Below the pieces are notes generated by a model that saw nothing but the letters and a program-made list of their open reading frames with translations, did not search any database and had not been told where the DNA came from. DNA of 56,201 nucleotides, filler included, from Squatina squatina (taxonomy: Eukaryota), in the NCBI GenBank assembly GCA_031763465.1. It is 3 parts of 3 records of this genome, joined end to end, with 100 filler letters (N's around TTAATTAATTAA, not from the genome) between each part and the next. Parts side by side here need not be neighbours in the genome. Positions count along the whole stretch, not along the records: positions 1 to 14,553 come from JARFOE010000080.1; 2 more parts are not named here. One strand, 5' to 3'. Below are positions 1 through 11,848 of this stretch, in pieces (positions within the stretch are counted from its first letter, which is position 1; every line of letters starts with the position of its first letter). The translations under genes were made by a program, and so were the position numbers.

Positions 1-468
1 GTGCAGTCCTCCTCTCTACATAGGAAACCAGAATCTCCAGCGCCGCATCCATGAGCTTTGGGGCTCTGGCCCCTTGAACACCTGCTGCCATGCCTGCAGC
101 AAAAATGGATCTCCAAGCTTTCCACTACGTTCCCACAATACCTCCCCTATGACCTGTGTCAAAAATGACTGATCTGAGCACTGGGTTCACTGAGTTCATA
201 CATTACATTTAAGGGCTGAGGTGGGCTGACACGTGATTGAGCCTCATCAGCTAATTTAGTGAATTGGTCCCGTGGAATCTACCTCAGCCACTTAGCACTG
301 CTCCTGCACCCATTTAAGCTGATCTAAAGCCCAGTTTAGACCCCGCCTGAAAAAAAAAGTTAACGAGACCAATTATGCAGTTTAAGATACTGGCGCAGAA
401 ATGGTGCAAAAATACAGCTCTTTTTGGGAAGTTAAATTGCCAGCATGGTGCAAACCAATTGGGTCCTC
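1..468 (-). mobile_element. PIF/Harbinger DNA transposon end: terminal region plus start of the Myb/SANT-like ORF (ATG at 91, runs off the window)
   Basis: The minus strand from 91 reads MAAGVQGARAPKLMDAALEILVSYVERRTA, resembling the RAPxFSDxxLExLVxxVExR start of Harbinger Myb/SANT (NAIF1-like) proteins. 290-468 (GAGACCAATT...CCAATTGGGTCC) matches 47945-48106 and 24610-24786. Confidence 0.6.
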
Positions 469-3400
469 TAAATCGTTTTATTTTTAAATCACAGTAACTC
501 ATCACCTTCAGCTCAGCTGCCTCAGGTGTTTGCTGTCTTGGACTATCATGAATACAAACAACCTAATAAATGTTGGAATGAAGGTAAATAACATGATATA
601 GCACCATGTGACAAGAACTGGATTACACACACTGCCATCTAATGCTAGTTTCTTCACTTTATTGTATACATTATCCAAGAATTATTTAGCAATACTTCTT
701 AAGCTACAGTGAAATGATTCCTAGTCCATGGTGAACCCAGTGTTCACTGTTGTNNNNNNNNNNAACATTTCCTTCAAATAGAAGATAACATAAAAGCATA
801 AGGCAAATAGAGGGGAGAAAAGATAAAGCAAATTGGGAGATTATGTTCACTAGAATGGTCTATGTAGGTTCATTTAATTCAATTTAATCGCAAGTGTAAT
901 ATGACTAATTTCAAAAACCAAAGTTAATTTTTTTCAGTTAAGCATGAGCTACCAAAAGCGATCGTCAACAACTGCTTTAGTCATTATCAGATCTGCTAAT
1001 TCAAGTGGTTTAATTTTCATTAATTTGCACTAATTAGTCTTTGTGAATGGTGCTGATGGACACAAATTAAGTAGCAAGATAATTTTATCAATCCTTTGTG
1101 TTAAAATGGCATTTGTAGCGTGAAATATAATTGGAAATCTTTATCTGTTCCTAACGAGCCTTAATTTTCAGATAAACCAGAATACCAATTANNNNNNNNN
1201 NNNNNNNNNNNNNNNNNNNNNNNNNNNNNNNNNNNNNNNNNNNNNNNNNNNNNNNNNNNNNNNNNNNNNNNNNNNNNNNNNNNNNNNNNNNCAGTAAATC
1301 ACTATTCAGCTTTAATTAAGACCTATTTCCACAACGTGGGACTAGTAGATGAATGGCTAACACAGATGCCTCACAGAGGGTTTATGCTGCTACCAAACTC
1401 ATCAGTCTTGCATCTGAATTGATTAATTTTTATGTCCAAGAATCATTTTCATAGGGTTGCTCATCATTTTAATTGGACTGTCAAACTGGACATATCACAA
1501 TTTTAGATCACACTCCAGCGATCTTTGCTCTCCAAATTATGCCTCTTAAATCTGAACATCTCTGTCTCAGATGACCCAGATTTTCTCTTATCAAAGACTC
1601 AATTTGCTCTTAAGGTACATAGTGCACTTTCATTGAAGTTAGCTTTGTTACAACTAATGGACAACTGGGGAGCCAAAATTCAACAAAGAAGGAGACTGAG
1701 AAAAGCCCACTTCCCGTGCAGATTATTGAAAATAATGTGAAGGATTTGTAAAATACCCTCTTTGGTGCCAAAAGCTAAACACAAGGTTCACCAGTGTTTC
1801 CCACCCACTGCACACGTGCAGAAGAAGTTGCCTGATCTGCCGAGGTAAGCAATGAGATGAAGATCAATCACCATATATTGCCATATATGGGTATCCAGGG
1901 ATGCGCCAGATATGTTTGTCTGAAAGTTATGCAAAATTACATTGTTAACCTGAATTCAGCCAACAAAATGCTGAAAGTGGAACACAAAAGAGAACTAATG
2001 AGAATATTTCAGAAATATTAGAACAGGCCATAAAAAGGAAACAATGGCTTCCATTGATGAGGTACCTTATCACATCTCTTACAAGTGTCTCAACGGCCTC
2101 CAGTATNNNNNNNNNNNNNNNNNNNNNNNNNNNNNNNNNNNNNNNNNNNNNNNNNNNNNNNNNNNNNNNNNNNNNNNNNNNNNNNNNNNNNNNNNNNNNN
2201 NNNNNNATACGAATGGTCACCTTGTGCCACCTTTTCTTTATAGAAAATCAGTTGGGAGGAGTAGGCCTGTCACTCAGGATTGCAACAGTTATCTCCACAT
2301 TCTGTTTCAGGCAGTCACTGGATAACATAAGGAGACATTTGAATAATATCCACCGCACTGCTTATCATCACTGGGACGCATTGGCATTCTCCATTGATCC
2401 CTAAAAGCATTAGTCAATGTTGTGTTCAATTTCATTAGACCATTCTTCATTCTTTTGTTTTTGAGAAAGCATTTCTCTTTAAGTTACATGGTTTGTACTA
2501 ATTATATCTACATCTTACTGTTCCAGCTGGCTAGCCATTAGGCAGGACTCCTCTGTGTCATTCTCCTTGGAGTGTCTTTGGCAGTGCTTGAAAATATAAA
2601 TCCAGATATTTGTAGCTTCAAGTTAGATAGTCAATATCACAAAATCTTTCCATATCAACAATTTCCTCCTGTATCTAAGCCATTGGTTACCTTATCTAGA
2701 TGATTAAAGACTAATAAGTTCTACAAGATAACATTTAGCAAGCCTAAACCTGCACCTATCAATTCATAAGAATATTTATTATAATTTATTTCATTAAATT
2801 GAAAAGATGTTCAAAGCCAAAAATTTCCAATTGCCATTTATTTTAAAATCAGAAAATCATGGTTGAAAAGAGGAAGAAGACAATGTAAATCAAGAAATAG
2901 CAGATTAGTATAAATATATTTATTTAGCTGTGCAATCTGCTCCAGATGCTATCAATTAATGTCTTGTTGAATATTTTTAAAAATCTAAGTAAGGCATTTA
3001 GAGAGTTTATGTGACGTAATAATCTTTGGTCTTGAAATACTCCAGTTATTAAAATCCAACAAGGTTGTAGGGCTTCCTCTCATGAAGTCCGATTATTTGG
3101 CAGCATAAATGCAGGCTGAGGTTATTTGATGTTTGTTCCCCTGGGAATGCTATTTGGATTTAATTGAAAGCAGATTTGTATAATTATCCCATATCTCATT
3201 CATTTATTGATTTTCTCAGATCCTTCCCTAGATTGAAAAATCTCCCAGTTATTCATTTTACTCTGTATGTTTGCAGAGATGACAGTTATATGGAGATTGG
3301 GCTCCTTTTCCTAATAGCCAATTGCCCAGAGGACTGAGGAAGGAAAATAAAAATCTACCCATGAGATATACTGCGGTAGAGTGTTTTCTCCTTTAGAAAT

Positions 3401-3619
3401 ACCACACATCACAAACGTATTTCAAAGTTGTTTCATATTCATGAATGACCACATATTCCATAACCCAAGCAACATTGTCACAGGACAGGATTTGGACTGG
3501 GTGATGACTGATAAGGAAGGGGAATAGGTATAGACAAATGAGTTAGCCTAATAGCACAGAGGTAGTGGAGGGGTTGCAAGAGATAGGTAGAGTTTGATAT
3601 AATTAGCGTACATGTGGAA

Positions 3620-3919
3620 TCTCACCTCATATCAGTGGATAATACCACCAAGGGGCAGCATGTAGGTAAGTAACAGGAGAGGAGGTCAAGGATAGATCCT
3701 TGGGGACTCCAGAGGTGATGGTGAGAAGGCTCGAAGAGAAGCTATTCATGGAAATACGCTAGCTACAATCGGATAGGGAAGCATGGAACCAAGCGAGAGC
3801 AGTCCCACTAAGCTAGACAACAGAGGTGGATGTGTGGTCGACTGTTTCACAGGCTGCAGAGAGGTCAAGGAGGATAAGGAGAGATAATGCACCATGAACT
3901 CGGTCACATTGTCATTTGT
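3620..3919 (-). mobile_element. Degenerate L2-type LINE fragment
   Basis: Purine-rich text (GAGAGGTCAAGGAGGATAAGGAGAG, GGATAGATCCTTGGGGACTCC) typical of antisense L2 RT regions; similar to 22370-22720. Confidence 0.5.
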
Positions 3920-6779
3920 NNNNNNNNNNNNNNNNNNNNNNNNNNNNNNNNNNNNNNNNNNNNNNNNNNNNNNNNNNNNNNNNNNNNNNNNNNNNNNNNN
4001 NNNNNNNNNNNNNNNNNNNACGAATTGCCCTGTCTTATTTCTTGCTTTTCAAATTGGAACATACCTAACATGCAAGTTTTAAATCTGCTTGGGTTTTAAT
4101 AGAACACTTTTTGTTGTATTACTAAAAATGTTGTGCTAGCTCTACTTGGAGGGAAAAAAACACCAATAATAAATAAAAGACATTAGGCCCACTTGCATGA
4201 TATAATGCTATTAATTTCAAATCCTGTTGTCCAGAAACAGTTCAGCTCAGCAGCATTGCTGAAAAAATGTTCTAAAATCATCTCATAAGCTTGATGGGTG
4301 TATTAGCATAAAAATATTCGAGAGGTTGTTGAAGAGTTGTAATTCAGGTTCTGTTCAGGTATTAAATTCCACAAAGTTAGTGGGTTGTGGCTTAACAAAT
4401 GTTGTAGATTTGCATAAAAATATAAAAATACGTGCATGTAAAATGATTTTGTTTCGGTTGCATCTATTTTTTTCTGTGCCTTTAAAGGCCAATTATTCAT
4501 ATGTGTTTGAAGTTCATAGAATTGCAGTGCTTAACTGCACACATGTAGAATAGAACCTGACAGTCCTGCAAGAATATGATCATAACTTTATTTTTGTTGT
4601 CTACACCCCCACGGTCCTTGTTCCTTTTGATATGCTATCACATTAAACATTGGGGAGGGGGTGGATTAATAACTTCACTAATCATTCATTTAAACCAATT
4701 TGGTGAAGGACAGTATTAATAGATGAGAAACCAACACTTAAATTATTTGTATGCATGAAGTAATTTTACCTAACGGAGCTGCATCAATAGCATAATTCAT
4801 CATGGAAATGTCAGCATACCGAGTTATTAGGGAAAACAATCTGTTATTGACATACATTAATTACAAACCATTCACAAATCATGAGATTTTCAATTTGGGG
4901 ATCGAATGAAAGTACTGTAAAAACTGAATCTTACCAAGTGTGAGTGATTTGACAGTTAGATTTATTTTTGGTTCTAATACCTTCTTCTAGTGGTGCAGCA
5001 GTAATAACTCAGTGTTTCAATTCTGAACAGATTGAATTTCCTCACTGAGTTATCTTGAATGAATAAGGTCAAGATGGGTATTCACCCCCATCATTTATTT
5101 TGTGTTTCATTTGTTGAAGATAGTCTACCATATTTAGTGGCCACATCAACCGAGGACAACTAATANNNNNNNNNNNNNNNNNNNNNNNNNNNNNNNNNNN
5201 NNNNNNNNNNNNNNNNNNNNNNNNNNNNNNNNNNNNNNNNNNNNNNNNNNNNNNNNNNNNNNNNNAACCAGTCCATGTCGGCTTTCAAGAAGATCTATTT
5301 TAGCCTCAAAGGTACCATAAAGAAAAGAAAAATAATAAACTATTGACAAAATACATCATTTTCATCACATTGGCATTAACCTGTTTTTTTATCTTTCAGA
5401 TGCTGATGCTCTGTATTACTAACACTTATTTCAGGTTGCAGCATTTGAGACTTTATTTGTAAACATGCACTACTGCAGTATTATTTTTGAGCAGATTTTA
5501 CGAGTGATCTTTATCCACACCTCCGTTAGCTCAGCTGTCATGGAATGGAAATATTTCTATGTTTTAACTACTATAATACTTAGAAGGCTAAATACAAATT
5601 ACACCCCTCCCATTTAAATTGTACATAGAGGAATTATTTTAAAATGGCCTGAATTAGTACAATGTAAATAGTCACAATCTCATCCGCATTGCAACTCTTT
5701 TTTGGTATGATACATTGGAGTTGGTTTTAACCCTAGGCAGGCAGCAGGCCGTGAAAATTGGTGCCATTGTTTAAACCTCGTTCAAGAATCGGATCATGAA
5801 AGTAAAACCCTTGTTTTAGCTCCAAAGATAATACTAATAGAGATAAGCATCCATGCTGAATTTTTCATTATGTATAAATTAAAACGGTTTCTTATAAACA
5901 CCTGTAACTTGGTTTTAAATTGGACTGTCACCATCCCCCAAAAGTCCTTCAACGTTCAGATCTGAGCCCTGCGGGGATCTATATCATTGTTCATCCATCC
6001 TTAACCAAACATACTGTGTACATTTATTTTTATTATTTAGCTTATTGTTTCTACAGTAGTGTTTCAACTTAGTTCAGCGTTGAAAATGCTTTCTCAGTCC
6101 TTTAAGGCAATATTTATTCATATCAGCTGAACCATTTACTCCATCCTTAGGCTTGTATAAAACCAATACATGTTGTCAGTAGTAATAGGTGTTCTCAGTA
6201 AAACAAAGGAAGATGGAGTTTGTAAATCATGATAAGAGCATATTCTAAAGCCTTCTGCAAAGCCTTGTCCATCAAATCTATCCTGAACAGTTCATTCATT
6301 AAGGATAGATTTCTGTGGATAGATTTAAAGTCCATTTGGCACCAATCAGCTAAACAAATAGTTTCCTTAACGTAGAGGGTTGTATTGGCTGGAGAATATT
6401 GATTTCATGTGATGCTATTCAGAGTTCAGTGAAGGTTGAAACAGAAGTGATTGAGGAATGCATGACTATTATATATAGCCGCACAGTGATAACAAACTAC
6501 ATATAAAGGCTTTTTGACTCACTTGATATTAAACACACTGCTAAAAGAGATTTGTCTCTTGAATTCCTGGTCCCAGGAAGTTTCTGAATGATACTGTTTT
6601 TGCAGTTGTACAATGTATATATGNNNNNNNNNNNNNNNNNNNNNNNNNNNNNNNNNNNNNNNNNNNNNNNNNNNNNNNNNNNNNNNNNNNNNNNNNNNNN
6701 NNNNNNNNNNNNNNNNNNNNNNNTTCCTCAAAGATGTATATCTATATCGATCTGTATTTTTATTTTTGGTGCTTGCGTG

Positions 6780-6870
6780 TCCCACCGCTCCGCAAAACGG
6801 GTGATTGGCAGTTTAATCCGCCTCCTTTATTAATGCTGCAACTGACTTTTGCCTCCCTTATAACATCAGC
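6780..6870 (+). promoter_or_regulatory. Putative C11orf87 promoter (CpG-enriched; inverted CCAAT, GC box, TATA-like)
   Basis: ATTGG at 6804-6808, CCGCCTCC at 6818-6825 and TTATAA at 6858-6863. CpG density rises sharply over about 6770-9230 relative to the flanks. Confidence 0.5.
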
Positions 6871-7022
6871 CAGACGTTACTTTTGTGCTCTGCCCGGACC
6901 CGCAACTGGTATTCCGAAGAAGGCTGTGATTTTTGCGTAGCCGTTGTCTTTGTAAAGATCACCCGTTTCCCCTTCTGAAACGGCGGAGATAAAAGTGATG
7001 AAGTGATTGCAGAGACTGGGCT
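6870..7022 (+). other. C11orf87: Putative non-coding first exon of C11orf87
   Basis: Ends at a GTAAGT donor (7023), with alternative donors at 7027 and 7031. Candidate acceptors are CTAACAG (7640) and CCCTTTCCAG (7653). The start is estimated from the TATA-like motif. Confidence 0.45.
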
Positions 7023-7771
7023 GTAAGTAAGTGAGTGATGTAACCGAATTGGAAATCAGGGCGAGCTACGTGTTAAAGATATGTGACAAAGCCGACAGCC
7101 GGCTCCCAGCATTAATATTGTAGAACTAGCTTGAACCTGTGCACCCTGACGTTGGAAGCCTGTTTCAGGAATGCCGTGCAACATTATTTTGACTGCTATC
7201 AACTAATGTTTGAAAACAAAACTGCACCCGTCAGACTGACTGAGTATCGCGTAAATCANNNNNNNNNNNNNNNNNNNNNNNNNNNNNNNNNNNNNNNNNN
7301 NNNNNNNNNNNNNNNNNNNNNNGATTTTCTCGTCGCTAGCCTTTTTGTTACCCCAAGCGATTGCTTCATTGCACAACGTTATGGATTAGATCGACGCGCA
7401 CAGACGCATTACACCACCATTGGTGGACCAGGCTTTCTCTTCGCATTTATTTTGCATCGCGAAGCCAACCGCCGTGTGACCTTTTTATTCTCAAACATTT
7501 TTTGTTTTGCAGTTCAGTTGTGTCTAAATACTATTCGGGTGCAGACTGCTTTAGGGCGGCCTTGCGTCTCATTTGCTATCATATTGTACCGTTGCCGGAT
7601 CTTAAACTTGTACATTTGGAATTCTATTTGCCTCTAACAGGGTCCCTTTCCAGGCAATACCGAAGCGGACAGCAATTTATTTGGTGCGGCTTGTATCGGA
7701 ACGCCGACCGTTAGTCTGAGGGAGCTCGGCACACCGGCAGCATTGAGAGCGGATACATTACTGCCCAGCAA

Positions 7772-8251
7772 ATGAGTGCCAGGATACACAAGGATTTGCC
7801 GCTTTCTTTGTCCTCTTGCACTGGAAACAGGAACTTTTCTCAAAGCAATGGTACCTGTGTGACCGNNNNNNNNNNNNNNNNNNNNNNNNNNNNNNNNNNN
7901 NNNNNNNNNNNNNNNNNNNNNNNNNNNNNNNNNNNNNNNNNNNNNNNNNNNNNNNNNNNNNNNNNNNNNNNNNNNNNNNNNNNNNNNNNNNNNNNNNNNN
8001 NNNNNNNNNNNNNNNNNNNNNNNNNNNNNNNNNNNNNNNNNNNNNNNNNNNNNNNNNNNNNNNNNNNNNNNNNNNNNNNNNNNNNNNNNNNNNNNNNNNN
8101 NNNNNNNNNNNNNNNNNNNNNNNNNNNNNNNNNNNNNNNNNNNNNNNNNNNNNNNNNNNNNNNNNNNNNNNNNNNNNNNNNNNNNNNGCAATCGGACCTT
8201 CACTGTACAGATACCGCGAGCAATCCAGTCTTCCAATCCATGCTTTTGTAA
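7772..8251 (+). CDS. C11orf87: C11orf87 homolog (neuronal single-pass membrane protein); single coding exon, central part in an N gap
   Basis: N-terminus MSARIHKDLPLSLSSCTGNRNFSQSNGTCVT matches recalled human [22 protein letters not shown]...GTCITQV. The in-frame C-terminus HCTDTASNPVFQSMLL* matches SCLDTAGEGLLQTVVLS*. The TM segment would lie in the gap 7866-8187. Confidence 0.85.
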   Translation: MSARIHKDLPLSLSSCTGNRNFSQSNGTCVTXXXXXXXXXXXXXXXXXXXXXXXXXXXXXXXXXXXXXXXXXXXXXXXXXXXXXXXXXXXXXXXXXXXXXXXXXXXXXXXXXXXXXXXXXXXXXXXXXXXXXXXXXXXXQSDLHCTDTASNPVFQSMLL

Positions 8252-8660
8252 TGAACTATCGCCTGACTGCAGAAAAAGGACTGTTGTGTAAAATACTTGA
8301 ACATAGCATAGTTTCACGAAAATAGGGGGGAGGGGGCGGCGACAAACACGGCGCATGGCAAATCACATTAAGCCCGAATTCCTATTTCTGGAAATTAAAT
8401 ATCTGTGTTTATAAAGAAGGCGCACATATAGCAGAAATGTATGTCATTTCCACTTAGATGTATATTTCGTAATTTGATCGTCTATATGTAAAGTCCGAGG
8501 GACCCGGCCAGTTTCGCACGGTGTATGTAAAGTGTAAATGAGCAGTGGAGACCAACAGGGACATTATCCCAACACTCACTTTGGAGACTTTATACACCCA
8601 AGAGACCCGCGGACTCCATAGCAACCGGACTGAGACGCTGTCCATTGATTATAATATATT

Positions 8661-8672
8661 TGTATAAATAAA
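8661..8672 (+). terminator. Candidate polyadenylation signal for C11orf87
   Basis: TGTA (8661-8664) followed closely by AATAAA (8667-8672), about 420 nt after the stop codon. Confidence 0.4.
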
Positions 8673-9982
8673 GGCAACCATCAAACTTTCCAGTTGCTTT
8701 ATTCAGCTTCCCAAATATTACGATGTTCGATCCTTTTGCAAGTGTGGCTTCGAATTCAGTGTTCTCGAAGACTGGGCACACTTTCTGAACCGCGATTCTA
8801 ACGATACAAACAGCCCAAAAGAAAATAGGAAGGAGTGTTTTCGTTAGCTTTATGATCTATTATCTAAATATCCAGATTTATAAGACTCAAAATTGACAAT
8901 TAGCATTACTGATCTCAACTTTGTTTCAAACTTCATCAGATGTTATGTATGGCCAGTCGCCAATTTAAAGCTTTTCTTTAGTTAATTTAAGCCTTCAGTT
9001 TTGGAGGATATCGCCCACTTTGCCGACAATAAGTTTTTTTTACGAGTTTGAACAAACGTTTCAATTGATATGCGATTACAAGATGGGTAATATAAATCTT
9101 GTACTGTGATATAAACCATGAAAAAGACGCACTTGGATACTAAGTGAAGACGAGGCCATTGGTTAATCAATAATAGCGTTTTATAAAAGGCTGTCTTAAA
9201 AGTTTTAGACGCGTCCTTAAGAGTATTTAGGTCTNNNNNNNNNNNNNNNNNNNNNNNNNNNNNNNNNNNNNNNNNNNNNNNNNNNNNNNNNNNNNNNNNN
9301 NNNNNNNNNNNNNNNNNNNNNNNNNNNNNNNNNNTGATACGAATAATGCAGTCTAAGCCTCTTCAACCCAAGCACATCAACTATATAAAGCACAGTGATT
9401 GATGACCTGAAGGTTAAGGCATTTTGTCAGAACACAAGAGGTTGATTGTTGGGGCTCCAGATCAAAGCACAGACAGCAATATTTCTGTGGACTAATTAGC
9501 GTATTTTAGTAAAGAGATCCATGTGCTATCTATCTTAACAGTGAGATCAATGAAACCGAAGATTTGGCACAAAAGGTAATCTGCCTGAATGACACTTCAT
9601 ATGATTAATGTACTTTAGTGCTGTGGACAGATTGATTTTCTTCGTGCTTGTTTGTCTTGCTTTTCAGCTGAAATGAAATGTTCTGCTAAAAACACTGGTA
9701 TTTCATTTTGTCTTATATGTTTTCTTTGTTGGGGAATTATATGACATATCGGGAAGAAATTGGGATACGTATTCCGGGTCCAAAATGGGCACCACTGTGC
9801 CAGAATGATGCTGGAAGTGTGTTCGCACTACATTGATTCAGGCGCTCGCTAGGCCTCCCTGGTGGCACTGAAACAAAAGCAGNNNNNNNNNNNNNNNNNN
9901 NNNNNNNNNNNNNNNNNNNNNNNNNNNNNNNNNNNNNNNNNNNNNNNNNNNNNNNNNNNNNNNNNNNNNNNNNNNNNNNNNN

Positions 9983-10128
9983 TTGGATTATGCACTTGAA
10001 ATGCGGTAAGCTATAAGGCTATGGACCAAGAGCTAGAAAGTGGGATTAGACTGGATAGCTCTTTTTCAGCTGGCACAGACACAATGGATCAAATGGCCTC
10101 CTTCTGCGCCGTAAATTTCTATGGATCT
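9983..10128 (+). mobile_element. CR1 LINE 3' UTR/tail
   Basis: GGCTATGGACCAAGAGCT...AATGGCCTCCTTCTG...TTTCTATG tail shared with other CR1 ends in the window (e.g. 40040-40145). Confidence 0.7.
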
Positions 10129-10239
10129 ACACTGCTTAGCTGCTGCCTGTCTGTGTGTCATCAGCAAGCTTGGATATGTGGCTCTCTATCCCATCATCTA
10201 AGACATTAATAAATACGATGAGTATTTGAGACCCCAACA

Positions 10240-10510
10240 CAGATCGCTGTGGGACACCACGAGACACATCCTGCCAATTAGAGTGCCTGCCAATAATCCC
10301 TACTCTCTGTCTCCTGCCGCTCAGCCAATTTCCTAACTAAGTCAATTTGCCTCAATTCCATGAGCTTCGACTTTAGCTAACAGTCTCTCATGAGGGACTT
10401 TATTGAATGCCCTCTGCAAGTCCATATAAACATGGACATTCATCTAAACACTACTTTCATCACCTCTTCAAAAAATTTAATCAGGTTCATCAGGCATGAC
10501 TTACCCATTA
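10240..10510 (-). mobile_element. CR1 LINE reverse transcriptase fragment
   Basis: Minus translation GKSCLMNLIKFFEEVMK followed by a frameshifted YMDLQRAFNKVPHERLL, the CR1 RT motif. Confidence 0.8.
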
Positions 10511-11329
10511 AATATCCAGAAACGTCAATGTTCATAGTGTCTGGTGGGTATGAATCATAGGAACATAGAAACAGAGAAAATAGGAGCAGGAGTNNNNNNN
10601 NNNNNNNNNNNNNNNNNNNNNNNNNNNNNNNNNNNNNNNNNNNNNNNNNNNNNNNNNNNNNNNNNNNNNNNNNNNNNNNNNNNNNNNNNNNNNATGCTTG
10701 AATCATAACTGATTACTTCCTGCTGCCAATTGAGCTTCTGTCCAAAAGAATTCCATGAAAATGGGATGAATACTTGTAGTGAAGTTGGAAATTGTCAATA
10801 TGGAAGTATATTTTCTGTTTGTTTTTTTCTGTATTTTGCAGAAGCCTTCAGTACTAGTGCATTCCTGGGCCCAAACTAAAATGCCCATGCCAAGTCCAAT
10901 CAGCATGATTGAAACATTATTAAAAAAGTCTTTAAGTTAGTTAAAACACTTGAGGAATATTGAAAGCACATGAATGATTTATGATGTAGCCATCAACCAA
11001 TTCTTACATAGAATATATGGCACAAAGCTGGCCATTTGGCCCAACTAGTCTGTGCTGGTGCTTATACTCACATGAGTCTCTATGAACAAGAGCTGGAAGC
11101 AAACATTGATGTGCTAAATGAGAAATTGTTAATGTTGCCAGAAAGGTGATGCCAGATTCCATCTTGTAAAATATATACAAAGCTTCTTCTGGATGTTGTG
11201 ATTCTGGCAGGTATGATTTTTTCTTTTACAAACTTTACTTCTGTTATTTTGGATGTGACAGTCACAACTATTATCACTAAACAACAACATAACTTGTATT
11301 TATATAGTGCATTTAGTACAGTAAATCAA

Positions 11330-11848
11330 TGGCCTGGATTTTGCAGTAAGAATAACAATGAGGCTATCAGCGCTCACCAATATTAAGGAGTAAATCAGAG
11401 AACACTTCCAGAATCTGCACATGTGCAGTTAAAAGTGGAAATCAGGACGTCGCTGTCTGAGTTGCCCTACTCCTCCACAAGCTTCGTAATAACAGTATCT
11501 CACCGAGAGACTCGGCATTCAACTACATGGAAGGGCATGAAGTTGCTGTATTTACATAATAGATGCCCACTAAACATGCCAAAAAAACTTGTCCATTCAA
11601 GTGTAAGTGAGTTTTTAACAGCAGGTTAAGTCTTAAATTAATGCCAGACAATCTGTCTGGCACTGAAAATTAACTTATAAAAGTGTGGAGTCACTTTCCT
11701 TCAGATTTTAATTATTGTTCGAGATTTTAAAAACTTAAAAAATTAAAATAAAGCTTTTTTTTACTGCCTGTTTTATCTCTCTCTTAATCCCATCTTTCTA
11801 ACTCTCTCTTTATTTCACTTTCTGTACACGATTTGGCATTGAATTAAA
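11330..11848. mobile_element. Non-autonomous DNA transposon/MITE-like repeat
   Basis: Starts GGCCTGGATTTTGC and interrupts an L2-type tail (11281-11325). Contains an internal inverted repeat TGCCAGACA...TGTCTGGCA (11642-11662). Confidence 0.4.

Noticed and set aside
2040-2404. Possible very old Harbinger transposase remnant (VTLCHL, FQAVTG)
   Set aside because: The motifs are too short and are interrupted by a gap, so this cannot be supported without an HMM search.
8190-8291. Alternative frame ending RKRTVV* that suggests a GPCR with a PDZ motif
   Set aside because: The frame continuous with ATG 7772 matches the C11orf87 C-terminus, so this frame is incidental.
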